Counted from the first letter of the stretch, positions 39,000 through 52,499 are shown. The stretch: DNA of 64,000 bases from Octopus sinensis (GCF_006345805.1 NC_043003.1:52700001-52764000), one strand, 5' to 3'. The notes: a model not told the origin generated them from the letters alone. Program-made: numbers and translations.

Positions 39000-40290
39000 T
39001 GACTAAAGGCCTCAAATGTTAGGGAGGATGAAATTCGGCCCGAGATGTTAGTAGCCTTAAATAGAGATGGTATTTCCCAGCTAGTTTGTGTGTGTCAAGT
39101 GACTTGGACATCTGGATATATACCAAAGCAATGGCATTCCGGAGTGATAATCACAATTTTTAAAACAGGAGACAAGAGCGAGAGAGTGCTCTAACTATAG
39201 AGGAATCTCCTTGCTGAACCTCCTCGGTAAAGTCTGCACTAGACGCCTGGAAAAGAGTTGTGGGTAAATTGTTTTGCTCAAGCTATTTGAAGAAGAGTGT
39301 GGCTTCCGTCTTAGATACAGCACAACTGATCAGATATTCACTCTACGACAGTTCTTCAGGAAATCGTTGGGGTGCTACCAAGAGTTGTACGCTTGCTACG
39401 TAGACTTCGAAAAGGCATATGACCGCGTGCTGCAGGACATACTATAGAAGGCTTTGAAGGAGAAACTTTCGGTTGCCGTGAAGTCCTTATTCAGCTGTTT
39501 ATGTTCAGTTAAATGGTACCTAGTCAAAACCATTCAATGCAGTTGTTGAACTTCAGTAGGGATGCATATTGTCACCGCTATAGTCTGACATGCGCAACCA
39601 TTGCGGAAGTGGTATGGCAATCGCTGGGAGTAAGATAAATTAGTTGATATTTTCAAACGACAAGGTGGTGTTTGGCTCATTTGAAAGTGATCTCCCTCAT
39701 GCACAGAATAAGTTCGCAGCCGAGTGCGCAGCATGACAAAGAATGAGAACTAGTGAGGCGGAAATTGAGAAAATCTTCCCAGTGCACTTTGCACATTAGA
39801 TGAACATCACTAGGAAAAGTGGGGATGCCCAAGTGTTTCGAGACAATTTTCACGAACGATGAGAATGGGGAGGCGGAATAGAACACTAGAATTGTAGGTG
39901 CTGGCACAATAATGCATCACTTCCAGTGTTTGGTTCTCAGAAGAGAAGCTGATAAAAAAGCTAAACTTGCTATATTCAATTTGGTTTTCGTGCCTCTCCT
40001 CACATATGATCATGAATGTTGGGTAATGACTGATCGCAAATGCAACTTCTCGAAATGGGATTTCTCGGAAGGATCTCTGCTGTATCATTACTCGACAGGG
40101 TGCGTAGCTCGGACACCATGGTAGTTTCTCCATGTCAAATCGCTTCTTATTCACATTGAGAGGTCACACCTTAGATACTACAGACGTGTGATTAGGGTGT
40201 CACAGGAAACACTTGCAAGTCGAGCCAAATGGCAGGAGAGCTAGACCAAGAACGAGATGGTCGGATAATATCCGCAGTCTTAGTTGGTCA
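39000..40290 (+). mobile_element. Degenerate RTE-clade (Expander/Rex3-like) LINE, RT to 3' end
   Basis: DEIRPEML, IPKQWHSGVIITIFK, NYRGISLLNLLGKV, GFR..STTDQIFTLRQ, YVDFEKAYDRV, GRRARPRTRWSDNI; many frameshifts. Confidence 0.88.
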
Positions 40291-41029
40291 AAACCTGCAC
40301 CGATGATTTGTTTTATAGAGATCAAATGTTTCTACTGTTCATTAACTCATTCCCGCCATCAAATCGATATTACCTGTACAGGTGCACTGTGTTGGTATTT
40401 ACATCTCTGTAACTTATCGGTTCGGCAAATGAGACCGATAAAGGAAGTACCAGACTTTAAAAAAAATACTAGAGTCGATTTATGTAACTAAACTAGGCGT
40501 CGCCTAAGGGGGTCCGAGGTGTCAGCGAGGAATTACAGGGGGTCGATGATAGCAAAGGGGTCGAATGGGGGTCGGCGTGCGAAAGACCAGCTCACCCAGA
40601 TGCACTGCTTGAAATACTTAGTCAACGCTATGAAACGTGGAAAAACATGATAAATTTTCACATTTTCTAACTGTGAAAACAATTTCATAAAAATTGAAAG
40701 CTTAATATTGTATACTCGCTCATGAAGTTTTAAATGTAAAAAGTATGTCATCCTCAACAGAATTTCTTAATTCGTCGTACATGTATATTTTAGCTGACAT
40801 TTTAATTGCCAGCATCAATACCCAGTACGTATTTAAGATGTTACCGTAGGGTAGGGTATTAAGATATTTTAAATGAGGAGGGTGGTCGATGCGGAAAGAG
40901 AAGTGGTTTAAGGGAGTTGATGGTCTGAACACTTCGAGATGGTATCGCAGTATGGTCACTTTGAATGGCTTAGTCGAACAAATCGACACTGGCACATTTT
41001 TCTAGTCAAGTCTGGTACTTAATCCATCG

Positions 41030-41293
41030 ATCCCTTACGCTGAGCCGCTATGTTGCGCAATCATAAACATAGCAACATTAGTTATGTACTGCCTTGGGGG
41101 TAGGGGAACAGACGTTCATATAAACATATATGGGCTTCTGTCAGTTTCTGTCAACCAAACCCACTCACAAGGCTTAGGAGAAAAAATGGGCTCAGTCTAC
41201 TAAACATTCGTCCAACGTGCCCCGTTATGGGACTGAACCCAAGACCACATGCTTGGGAAGCAAGCTTCTTAACCACACACCCACACCTGCGCC
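41030..41293 (-). mobile_element. SINE family A, degenerate
   Basis: ccactcacaaggctt and gggactgaaccc..ccacatg..aagcaagctt..ccacac match the reverse complement of the family A head. Confidence 0.7.
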
Positions 41294-41451
41294 CATGAAC
41301 TATTCCAAACTGAACGAATAAATATCCTTGTGCAAAATGGCAAAAGGAACGAAATATTTTATTTCGCTAAAATACTGTCTTCTCCTTTTCTAAATTTTTA
41401 TCACTTGTCTCTGTAAAAAAAACAATTAAGTTCTGTGTAAGTGTGTGTGAG

Positions 41452-41512
<61 letters not shown>

Positions 41513-42034
41513 CTGTGTGTGTGTGTGTTTAAGTTGGTGTGTAGCTGTAATGTGATTAACTATAAAGGGAATATACCGTTATTCAAACTATGTCAACATC
41601 ACAGTTATCTCCCATGAACTGCTAGCTCTATATCAATAATACATCACTAAATAGCGCCTAATACCAAAAAATTATTTCTTCGTGTCGTATTCTCTGACAG
41701 TTTACATAAATAGATAGTTTTTTTTTGTGTGTGTGAATATGCGTCTCTTCGAGGACATACGCAGCTCTGCACTACTTACAACACCACACTACGCACACAC
41801 ATGCGCACAAAGTAATGTGTACAATTAATATATTAAAACATATTGGAAACAGAATAATCCACCCAACCAAACATCCATATATATATATATATATATAATA
41901 TGATATTCATCGTAACATTAGTATCCCTCTGTCTGTCTGTGTTTTTATATCTATCTAAATGGAATATTTCGTTTTTTTAAATTTTTTTTTATTTGGTTTG
42001 CAAGATTCTTTATATGAGTTCGTGTGTTGAAGCA

Positions 42035-42225
42035 TATTCTGTTGTGTCTGGGGAGAGTCATTCTCTTTTAGTACCTTATTATTTAACAAGACTATTGAAA
42101 AGGCTGCAAGACGCAACGAAAATTTTGGGAAAATAAAAAGACGAAATAAGTGGAAATTTTACCGGTGAGTGTATTAAATAATAAGGTACTAAAAGAGATT
42201 GACTCTCCCCAGATACAACAGAATA
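42035..42225. repeat. 52-bp inverted repeat (50/52) with an 87-bp spacer
   Basis: 42035-42086 vs reverse complement of 42174-42225. A related direct copy lies at ~44735-44810. Confidence 0.9.
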
Positions 42226-42449
42226 AATGGAATATATTATTGCATATATTGCAAAGTTTAGTATTTAGTCTCTTCTCGACGAAATAGACCACATTCGATG
42301 TTAAATACTTTACATTTGTTCTTCAGTGGGTCTGACGCACCAAGAATGACGCGAGGTAAAACAATGTGTGGGACAGGGGTGTCTGGGAAGCGTGGGTAAC
42401 GAGACCAGCTACCCCCGAGGGACGGAAGCATTATAAAAGCGAAAGGAAG

Positions 42450-43120
42450 AGCCAGGACATCTGTAGGTCAGAAATTGGAACGTGCCTATTAGTGAGTAAA
42501 TACCAATTAGTCAAGTGGCTCTTTTCTTGATGCTGTCCATGATACCTGCAAGCGTTGTAGCATCACCATCCCAAATGCTGGGGTTATACTCCTTTGTCGG
42601 CCTCACTCGAATCTTTTAAAGTGTCAGCAGCAATTGGAGGCTGGATTATTTTCTGGCCGTGAGAAGAGAAAGAGCCAGTCTTCAGGCAGCTGTCCTACCT
42701 AAACTAAAGATGTGCTTTCACCAGTAGACCTTTTCAGTAATAATAAGGTCCAGCATTTGAAGCGACAGTGAAAGCTCTCGTTGAGTGTCATTCATGTTTA
42801 GTGGGAAGTATGGTGTGGTAGTTTTTTGTTGACATAAGCCGTGCTCGAGACTGCTGCTGTTAAAAGAGACAATGCTGTCGTGGATCGACTGAAGGATTTC
42901 CTCAACGTTTACGCTTATAGAATCAGTAAAGGTTTGACGTGTGCGACCAGGGCTGCGTGTGGATGATGCATGGTTGGAGAAAGTTAGCGAGAGATGAAGT
43001 ATTTCATCAACATAAGAGTCAGCGTTGTTGGATATGGTGACAAGTGAATAATTGATGTGTTTAAGGAAGACAGCGAGGGACAAAACTAAACCTTGAAGAA
43101 TGCCCCAGTTGGTTGAGCGT
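42450..43120 (-). mobile_element. Degenerate L2/CR1-group LINE RT fragment
   Basis: WGILQGLVLS..FLKHIN...SYVDE (GxPQGSVL/YADD-like), IVSFNSS, VRPTKEY..IW, SIKKRAT. Confidence 0.65.
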
Positions 43121-43786
43121 AGAGCGAAAAGAGCTCTGTGAAAACATGTCACTATGATAGGATCAGATTGGAAGCTATATCTGTATGTATGTATATATAC
43201 ATTTAGGAATATGAGGGAAAGAAACTTTGATCTAGAGAAGCTGGAAGTCATTATTGCTGAAATCCAGATGGGAGAGGTGAGAGGTATAGAGAGTAGAGTC
43301 GCCGTTTGCACAGAATTCACCTCTTTGAGTAGAGATAGGTAAAAGTCAGGAATTGAGAAATTTGGAATTTTGACTGAAATAGGTGCTGCTTGCGTGTGAG
43401 GGGTGATGGGTGGGATCTAGGTCGGAGAGACGTCTAAGCATATTTGAGAAGAGGAGGAAGAATTGGCTCAGGATTTGGATCTTTTATTTGACATTGTGGG
43501 AAGTGCAGAGCGTGATGACAAGGTCACAGAATTACCTGAGACGGAGATCTGGTACGAATGCCTGAAACGAAGCGAATTCCACTAAAGATACCCAAGGGCC
43601 AGTTGGCAGCGTTATACCGGAAGTCGTGGTGCGCTTACAAGACTCCAAAAGTAACGGATCTGCTATGCTCAGTGGGAAGGGCCAACATTAGGATGAACAG
43701 TAGGAAAATAAGGAAAGAGAGACAGAGAGAGAGGGAGAGCCGATCCCCAAAACTTATAAATATGCATTATTTTCATTACCAGAACA

Positions 43787-44115
43787 AAGGCGGCGAGCTG
43801 GCAGAAGCGTTAGCACGCCGGGCAAAATGCTTAGCGGCATTTCATCCGTCTTTATGCTCTGAGTTCAAATTCCACATGGCGCATGGTTAGAGCGTCGAGC
43901 TTACGATCATGAGGTTGTGAGTTCGAATCCCCGACCGGGCTGTGTGTTGTGATCTTGAGCAAGACACTTTATTTTACATTGCTCCAGTTCACTCAGCTGT
44001 AGAAATGAGTTCCGAGGTCACAGGTGCCAAGCTGTATCTGCTGTTGCCTTTCCCTTGGATAACACTGGTGGTGTGGAGAGTAACTTTCTAGGTGCAATCC
44101 CACGGTCAGTCATAT
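43787..44115 (+). mobile_element. SINE B head fused directly to a family C SINE
   Basis: B head ends at its B-box gagttcaaattcc (~43873). The C element starts at ~43878 with A/B boxes and CORE. Confidence 0.8.
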
Positions 44116-44269
44116 GTGTGTGTGTGTGTGCGTGTGTTGTATGTATGTATGTGTGTGTGTGTTTGTCTCAACCTATGAAACTTAAAGTAATGCGAACCTG
44201 TTTAAGGCAGGTACGCCCATACTCGTACGCCCATACACACGTTCTCTCTCCTACTCTCACTTTCTCTCA

Positions 44270-44311
<42 letters not shown>

Positions 44312-45134
44312 AAACACACACACACACACACACACTGATGTATATTCTTCTTTAAGGAAAATTTATACGTTTTAGTATCTATTTTGCAGTATATGGATGA
44401 AAGCAAAACTCTACAAATTATATGTCGCCTGAATAGAGTTGTACTGATTCTAAAGGTAAGTGATTACATATTATATTTATAGAAATATTGATTAAAATAT
44501 GTTAAATCTATCCTCCTTTATCACGGATTTATTCATCTCTGATCCGGGATAACAAAGTAGACACGTTTTAAGTCGTGTAACGCTTCACACAAATTGAACT
44601 GTGATAACACGGGTCGGCGATTAGACAAAGATTTTACTTGGACCACAAAAGCGCACCATCCACAATGCTCAGGATAACTTGGGGTTTTGGAACGAAATCT
44701 ACTCTTGTCTTATGTTCTATTATTCACTTCGTTTTTATATATGGTTTGCAAGATTTTTTATGTGAACTCGTGTGTTGAAACAAATTTTGTTGTATCTAAG
44801 GAGAGTCATTACGCCAATATTAATTACACACACATTTATTCAATTCCATTCCTTTATTATTAGTCAGTTGGTTAAATATGTATCCAACTAACCAATCGAT
44901 CATTTGTTTAACTTGTTGATTAAACAGTCAATCGGTTAACGCGATGGTCTCATTTTTTAAAACTTAACACCCATGATAAACGTTGAATGTACAGCACAAA
45001 TCAGAAGTTTGTCCTGCTGGCCTAAGCGGTTGAGCTCCAGATTAATGAGAGTATTACTATGTGTTGTTCATCTACATCTCAAGTTTCAGTTCAAATCTCG
45101 CCAGAGATGTCTTCTCTATAATTCAACAAACTTC

Positions 45135-47350
45135 TATCTTTCAGAAAGTCATGTAACCACTCTCCAAGTTTTCCAGCTATGCCGAGATCACGAAGTTTGT
45201 GGCATATCATATCATGCTCCACTTGCTTGGCAGTCTGCCATTTGCAAGAAAGCTCTGGAAGATAATCTGGAGGGGTTTTGCCAGGGCACGCTTACACGAT
45301 TTGAGGAGGATTGCTGGGAAACCATCAGGACAAGCAGTTGAGTTTGCGTCCACCTCATCTATGGCTAGTAGTATATCTTCTTCGCTAATGTCGATGTATT
45401 CCATCGTAATTGCCTCGCTGGTTATAGGTGAGGCGGCAAAGAAGTCCACTGGTTAGCTCACTTGTCTGTGGTAAAGACACTTTTGAACTGGTCATTCAGT
45501 ATCTTACTGATCCTAGTTGGACTGTTTGTGAAGGAGCCATACTTTTGGAAGAGGGGTCCTATTTTGCAGCGTACTGAGGCTGTTTCTTTCGCGTAATGAA
45601 AGAAGGTTTTTGGGTTTGACTTAATGTTTTTTTTTCTTTGTCTGCTCTCTTCCTCACATAGGATTGTTGTAGCCTTTTTTCAATCTCCATCAGTGTTGTT
45701 TTTAGGTGGGACCTTTCGCTACTTCGGGATGTTGGTTGAGTCGATTTGCAACCTTCGTCTGTCGTCTCATGAGGATCTTCCTCTCCCTTAGAATCTTGTT
45801 CCTATTTGTTTTGGCCTTGTGCTTCGAGACATATTTCTGGCATATGGCTTGCACAACTGACATGAAACATCTTGTCTCACGCCAATGTCTGGTGTGGGGA
45901 GACATTTCGGCCAGTCCTCTCTGAGGATCTCTTTTTGGATCGATTTCCAGTCTGTTTTGTGGAAGTTCAGATTGAAGAGATTTCGGATGCTTCCTTTAGG
46001 CTGTATGTCTCTGGTTACTTTCGGTCCAAACATAGATAGCTCTATTATGCTGTGATCCGAGACTCATGTCGGCGTCACCTTCACATCATGAATGATGTCC
46101 ATATTGTTCGTGAAGCAGAGATCCAGAATTTCATTCGCCCTAGTTGATCCGAGTACAGGGCATTGGTGAGGTTGAGTAGGGACCCCACCTATGCTTGCTT
46201 GCAATGAGTCATTTCTGAGAGCATGAAACCTTCGGGCCATTTGACGTTGGGGAAGTTGAAATCACCCATAATATGGTCACGTGGTGTTCCAGTTTCTTTA
46301 ATTCTTGTGAGGCAATCCTCAAACTTGCCTGTGTGGTTTGGAGCATCAGGTGGGCAATATGTATTGCATATGACTATATTATGTTGTCTTATGTATACAA
46401 TTAGAGTGTCACATACTGAATTTGAGTATGACTGTAAGACCTGGGGTGTGAGATCATCACAGATGTATATAGCAACTCCACAATGTCTCCTTTACATTCT
46501 GTCTGTTCGCAGTATGGCATATTTTGGTGCGAGTATTTCTGCATCTTCTATATCAGTGCTGAGGTGAGTTTCCAGGAGTGCTATGCATAGGGCTTGATTG
46601 CATGCAGCAAGGTCTCTCAGGAAGAAATTTTGCTTTTGTTATGATGCAACAGGCCCCCGATATTTAGTAAAAATATTAGCTGTGCAGGCGTTAGGGGAGG
46701 CCATCACGTGTCTGTTGACTGTGGTGGTCTTGAGCAGTGGTGGGCAAGGTTCCTTGTTTGCGCTTAGTATATTCAGGTCAGCTGCTGCATCTTTTGTGCC
46801 ATGTATAAAAAAAGACTCTTGCTCATCTGCTGCCTTGCGCATAACCACCGAAGAGCGCACTTCTTTCTTAAAGCTTTTCCTTGGAGACATTTGTTGTCTT
46901 TCCTCAGGGGAATTTTTCTCCTTAAGGCCTCTTTAGTTTTGGCGGTGTGTCGGGTGGAAAAACCGGCAGTTTTTGCTGTCTTCCCCATGCCAACATTTGC
47001 CTTGCAGGTAAAATCTGCAGGTCGTTGAGTACTTCCAAATTTCTTCCTTCCTGTTGGGTTTTGGATGGCATTGGATCCTCCATGGGGTTTCCTGTTTTTT
47101 GCTTGGTGGGTTGGGGTTTCGGTTTTGGTTGTTTCATTTTTGCCCTTTTCTTTTTGTTCCTTTCCTTCTTTATGTTTGTGTTTGTGTTCCGTCCTTCCTT
47201 TTCTTGTGGCGGGAACTTTTTTCATCTGGTTATCCAATGGAGTGAGGGCTCCGTTCCTTTGTAGGACCACTGACATACAGGGGCTTCTAGTTGCTGCTTC
47301 CTTGGCTCCCCTGTCCTTTTCTGCCTGGTCGTTCACAGGCGTGGGGGATG
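45135..47350 (-). mobile_element. CR1-clade LINE (family 1): ORF1-like region, APE endonuclease, RT start, internal deletion, 3'-truncated
   Basis: LNIGGL, LLETHL, GVAIY, NTYCPP, MGDFNFP; GFPAILLKSCKRALAKPL is identical to ~58560. GRLPSK is joined directly to VEHDMICHKL. Confidence 0.9.
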
Positions 47351-47379
47351 CATTCTTTTAAGGAAACACTGGATCTATA

Positions 47380-47405
47380 TAATATATATGATATATATAT
47401 ATATG

Positions 47406-47436
<31 letters not shown>

Positions 47437-47461
47437 TTTATATATATATATTTTATATATA

Positions 47462-47527
<66 letters not shown>

Positions 47528-47576
47528 GTATATATATATGTATGTATATACATATATGTATATATATATATATATG

Positions 47577-47613
<37 letters not shown>

Positions 47614-47660
47614 GTATATATATATATATGTGTGTATATATATATATGTATATATATATG

Positions 47661-47692
<32 letters not shown>

Positions 47693-48160
47693 ATATATAT
47701 GTATGTATGTATTATATATATATGTATATATATATGTATGTATATATATATATGTATATATGTATATATATATAATATGTATGTATATATATATGTATGT
47801 ATGTATAATATATGTATGTATATATATATGTATGTATGTATATATATATATGTATGTATGTATATATATATGTATGTATGTATATATATATGTATGTATA
47901 TATATATATGTATGTATTTATATATATATATATGTATGTATATATATATATATGTATGTATGTATATATATATATGTATGTATATATATATATGTATGTA
48001 TGTATATATATATATGTATGTATGTATATATATATATGTATGTATGTATATATATATATATATGTATGTATATGTATATGTATGTATATGTATATATGTA
48101 TATGTATATGTATGTATATATGTATATGTATGTGTGTGTATATATATATATATATATAAA
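47380..48160. repeat. (TA)n/(TATG)n compound microsatellite
   Basis: Direct reading. Explains the YI/YM-rich ORFs. Confidence 0.95.
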
Positions 48161-48175
48161 TGCACGCGCGTGTGT

Positions 48176-48410
48176 GAAGGTGTGCCGCTTACTCGCGATC
48201 GTAAGATTGAAGTTTCAATCCCTACTCTGGGCCATGCGTTAAATTCTTGAGCAAAACACTTCATTTCACATTGCTCCAGTCCACCTGTTGGCCAAAATGA
48301 GTCATCCTGTGACCGAACAGCGTCTCGTCCAGTGAGAGATTATATTTACGCCTCATGGTCTGGGAAACCGGTTTTGTTACCCTGTGGCTCGGGAGGATCT
48401 TGGATCTTTA
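48176..48410 (+). mobile_element. Family C (CORE-type) SINE, diverged
   Basis: ttcttgagcaaaacacttcatttcacattgctccagtccac..aaaatgagt. Confidence 0.7.
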
Positions 48411-48542
48411 TTTTTAATTTTCTTCTCTTTGATAAAATAATCAATCATCTAGTTACTGGTATTCAACGAGTCTCCCTCCTCTCAGAATTGTTAACCTTAT
48501 GTCTAAATTAGAAACTACATATTTCTATTTATTATTAATCAA

Positions 48543-48680
48543 TTTCCATCTACCAAATCCACTCAAAAAGCTTTGGTCGGCCCGAGGCTATAGTAGAAGA
48601 CACTTGCCCAAGATTCCACGCAATGGGACTGAACCCGATACAATGTGGTTGGCAAGCAAGCTACTTACCACACAGCCATA
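48543..48680 (-). mobile_element. SINE family A, 5' part
   Basis: Reverse complement of the family A head. Confidence 0.85.
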
Positions 48681-48700
48681 TACATATGTATGTTTGCATG

Positions 48701-48754
<54 letters not shown>

Positions 48755-49224
48755 TAAAATAAATACATTCAACCTTTATTAAATATATGTATTTAATGGG
48801 AAATATTCTTGGAAAAACCAGATTGTTTTCCTTACTCTACGAAACAAACTTCACGCTAAAACAATCCTATGAGTTTACGTCGGAAATTTTAAGTTGCATT
48901 TTTGTGTGACTATAAAATCGATTGTGGAAATTATATTGTTGCGATGTAATTAGGTAACCTATAGATCATAAAGTATAGGAAATAATTCATATGCAATTCC
49001 ATGACCCTAAGTTTATGAAATTCGTTCGAACGAAGGCGGACGTGCGCGCGCGTGCGTGTATGTAAATCTACGTTGCAGGCGTACAAACATGGCAAATTTA
49101 ACTGCGCACAGACACACATATATATACATACACATACATACAAACACAAGCATACACATATAACGAAAACTATATTATTAATCTCATAGTGTACACTACC
49201 GGTTGATCGTGTGTATTTATATAT

Positions 49225-49296
<72 letters not shown>

Positions 49297-50520
49297 GTCC
49301 CAAAATAATCTGTATTTTGTTATTTTTTATTTGCCCTGTTCGTGTGAGCTAACAATCGTACTGACTTTCATGGGAAACATATATTTTTGTGGTTGAAACC
49401 TATATATAGATACATTCACACACACAGGCACACACATACATTGCATTTATAAATATTGCACACACACATACCCACTCACACAACACACACTTATAAATAT
49501 ACAACTTTGCTTGCTCGCAATTAAATATTCTTAACACAAATTATGATTTACTAAGAATTAGTGCAGTGAGCAAAACGAAGTTTTGAAACAAGACTAGCAA
49601 AAGCTAAAATAAAGCGAGAAATAGTATTCACACACATATGCTTGTCTGCATATATGTATCAGCAAGTGCATTCCACTGCGCTATTACAACCAGTCTGAAG
49701 TGTTATTCTGTTGCATAGCAGCTGGTTAGAGGAAATATAAATATATATTGCCTCTACTAATCTTGTTTTGGTTCTAACCTCATTATCATGTGATCAGTCA
49801 AAAAGATAAACATGCTCGCTCTATGTATATATGTGTATATTATTAATCTCCGTTCCCTAACAAATTGTGTCAAAATACATCAAAATTTCGTTTAGCTCGG
49901 AGTAAAATGATATATCATTATAACTATTATTTTACCAGTCACTTAACTTGTTAACTGAAGCTATATATATCATGATTCATTCACTTTTAACTTATTTACT
50001 CACAAGTTGTAACTGTTGCTGCTGGACAATATTTATGTATTCACTTCAATGTTCGCCCATTCCTTTAACCGTTAACAAACCAGTCTGGCTTTAAAAAAAG
50101 TCATTAAATTCTTTGAGAGTGTAAAAACTCCACAGTATCTACATGGTGGTATTGTTTATGAAGTATTTGAACAGGAAGTGAGTTTCAAGATATATTATGC
50201 TGCGTTATTGTTGAAGATAAGAAATGTGACAACTTCTTCGCACTGCTTTATGCAAAACAATTACAAAAATGTGAAAATATTTGTCAGTACTCAATGTACA
50301 CACTCACCAGTTATTTTGCATTTGTTGTTATTTATGCTCTCTACATCATGTAATTTATTTTTAAAGCAAATATCGTTTTATGATCTCTATTTGATTTAAT
50401 CAAACACTTTTTCGAACACTTATTTTGCGAAAGAAGGAAGAAAACACGTTTTGGAACGCGGAAGTTTATATTAACTTTTAACCCTCAACTGAAGCTGGGC
50501 CCTGAGAACCTTATTTGACA

Positions 50521-50922
50521 ATGGAAAAACACTTACAAAGCAAAACCTCGTGGGATGTAGGCAAAACTGCTGAAGCTAATCTATATTCTTCGAATGGATA
50601 TTGTTGTGTGTGTTTCGGTGCATTCTTTGGAGCCTTCGTCGGGACAATTATGACTGCTATAGGAGTGTGCCTTATTTTAAACCATGAATACCAAATATCT
50701 AGCTTATTACCAAACACATTATCATCTTTCAAAAATATTCAACTGATTGGACTAATTATCTTGTGTTCTGGATTACTTATATTCTCAATTAGTTTAGTTA
50801 TTAGTTGTGTATTTTTGATGTTTGGAAAACCAGAAATTTTTATGTGTACGAAGGAAAACGATTACCCTTATGTAACTCTTCCACAAGGTACCCCACCTCC
50901 TGCAGAATCGCAAGAAACGTAA
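50521..50922 (+). CDS. Putative small membrane protein, 133 aa, two TM helices
   Basis: First ATG at 50521 (the track starts at an upstream TTG). Stop-free frame of ~400 bp in very AT-rich non-repeat DNA. Two clean hydrophobic helices, a CCVC motif and a C-terminal YVTL. No TE motifs; no homolog recognised. Confidence 0.65.
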   Translation: MEKHLQSKTSWDVGKTAEANLYSSNGYCCVCFGAFFGAFVGTIMTAIGVCLILNHEYQISSLLPNTLSSFKNIQLIGLIILCSGLLIFSISLVISCVFLMFGKPEIFMCTKENDYPYVTLPQGTPPPAESQET

Positions 50923-51279
50923 TATCCTTTAACAAACGTGAACGGCCACACTCTTTGGCGGAAGATTATAAATTATTATAGTCGGTTACCTCACCTCGTT
51001 TCTTGACTGCGACCTTGTAAAGAATGAATGACAAACTCGACCTTTGCGTAATTCGATATGTGAACGTAAAGGCCGAATTGAGTAATATTCCGTTTTTTTT
51101 TCTTTTTATATGATAATGTTTATTTCACATTGTTAATGATAAAAATAATTATATTTTTGTACAAACTTCATTTCAAATTATTCTTTCTGAAGCATGCATC
51201 TAAATATTTATAATCTCATTGAAAAATGCAACAAGTTCATTTGAAAAAAATAATCATATAAACATTATTTTTCAGCGGT

Positions 51280-51680
51280 AAGACGGCTAGCTGGCAGAAA
51301 CGTTAACACGCCGAGCGAAATGCGTAGCCGTATTTCGTCTGCCGTTACGTTCTGAGTTCAAATTCCGCCGAGGTCGACTTTGCCTTTCATCCTTTCGGGG
51401 TCGATAAATTAAGTACCAGCTACGCACTGGGGTCGATGTAATCGACTTAATCCGTTTGTCTGTCCTTGTTTGTCCCCTCTGTGTTTAGCCCCTTGTGGGT
51501 AGTTAAGAAATAGGTATTTCGTTTGTCTTCATGTTCTGAGTTCAAATGCAGCCGGGGTTGACTTTGCTTTTCACCCTTTCGGGATCGATAAATTAAGTAC
51601 CAGTTACGCACTGGGGTAGATGTAATCGACTCATCCCCTTTTCCCAAATTCCAGGCCTTGTATCTACAGTAGGAAGGATT
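51280..51680 (+). mobile_element. SINE family B dimer (head, core, spacer, core, tail)
   Basis: Two cores separated by the same spacer as in 23730-24308. Confidence 0.9.
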
Positions 51681-52499
51681 GTTTTTCAGCGGAAAACTAT
51701 CACTTTTACAGCATGTTACCTATGTTTTATATTCTCTTGTTTTAAACAATCGAACAACTGTCTCATCAACCCATTTTATTAACATATTTACGTTTCGAAA
51801 CAGTTATTCTCGATGGGAAGTTTGAAGAAGTGTAAATTTTTCATTGATATATCATGTCCCCATCACAGCATGGCCCGTTGCAGACCATCCGCAGCAGATC
51901 GCTATTTCCATCCATCGCCACTAAGCTACTTTACTGTTTACATACATACAATGGGCCAAAATAAACCTGACGATCACTTATCGTTTCAATTATACAACAC
52001 TCATATATTCATGTTAATAGACTTTGATATGTCAAGAACGAGAAGAAAATCATTTTTATTTACATTATCATTTATCATTATCCTGTTTATTAATTTTACT
52101 ACAAGTAAATTAAATCAGATTAAATAAACGAAACACGTTTCCATTGTGCGACCAAAAACTTTGTACACTAGGGAATAATAAATTAGGAATGAAATAACTT
52201 TTTGAAACATACTAAAACTTTAAATTGAGTGGATGAGGTAGGAGAAACAGAGGTAAACAAAAACATTCGAATTTCCGTTTGTATTTTTTGTTCTGATGTA
52301 ATAGTTTCAGTTTACTTCTTCAACATTTACTGGATTAATGTTGAAACGTTGTCCAAGTATACTCGTGTGTATTCATGAATTCGCTTTCTCTCATAGACGC
52401 AAGGTTCTGAGTAATAAAGAAGTAGTAAGTGATTAGTTGAATGATTAATTCACTATGCAGTAGCACGAGGCAAATGCACGGGGGAAAGAAAAAAACTTA

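Noticed and set aside
39000-40290. RTE copies as candidates for an active, brain-expressed octopus RTE LINE
   Set aside because: Both RTE copies here have many stops and non-homopolymer frameshifts, so they are old relics.
40495-40920. ggggtcg subterminal-like repeats suggesting a hAT MITE
   Set aside because: No matching TIR pair or TSD could be identified.
47291-48264. Long YI/YM/HT-rich ORFs; likewise those at 4.0, 8.0, 52.6-53.2, 57.6-58.4 and 60.6-61.6 kb
   Set aside because: These are translations of TA, TG and CA microsatellites.
51785-51815. acgtttcgaaac resembling a reverse hammerhead GAAAC box
   Set aside because: No CUGANGA core or stem I; it is just a short palindrome.
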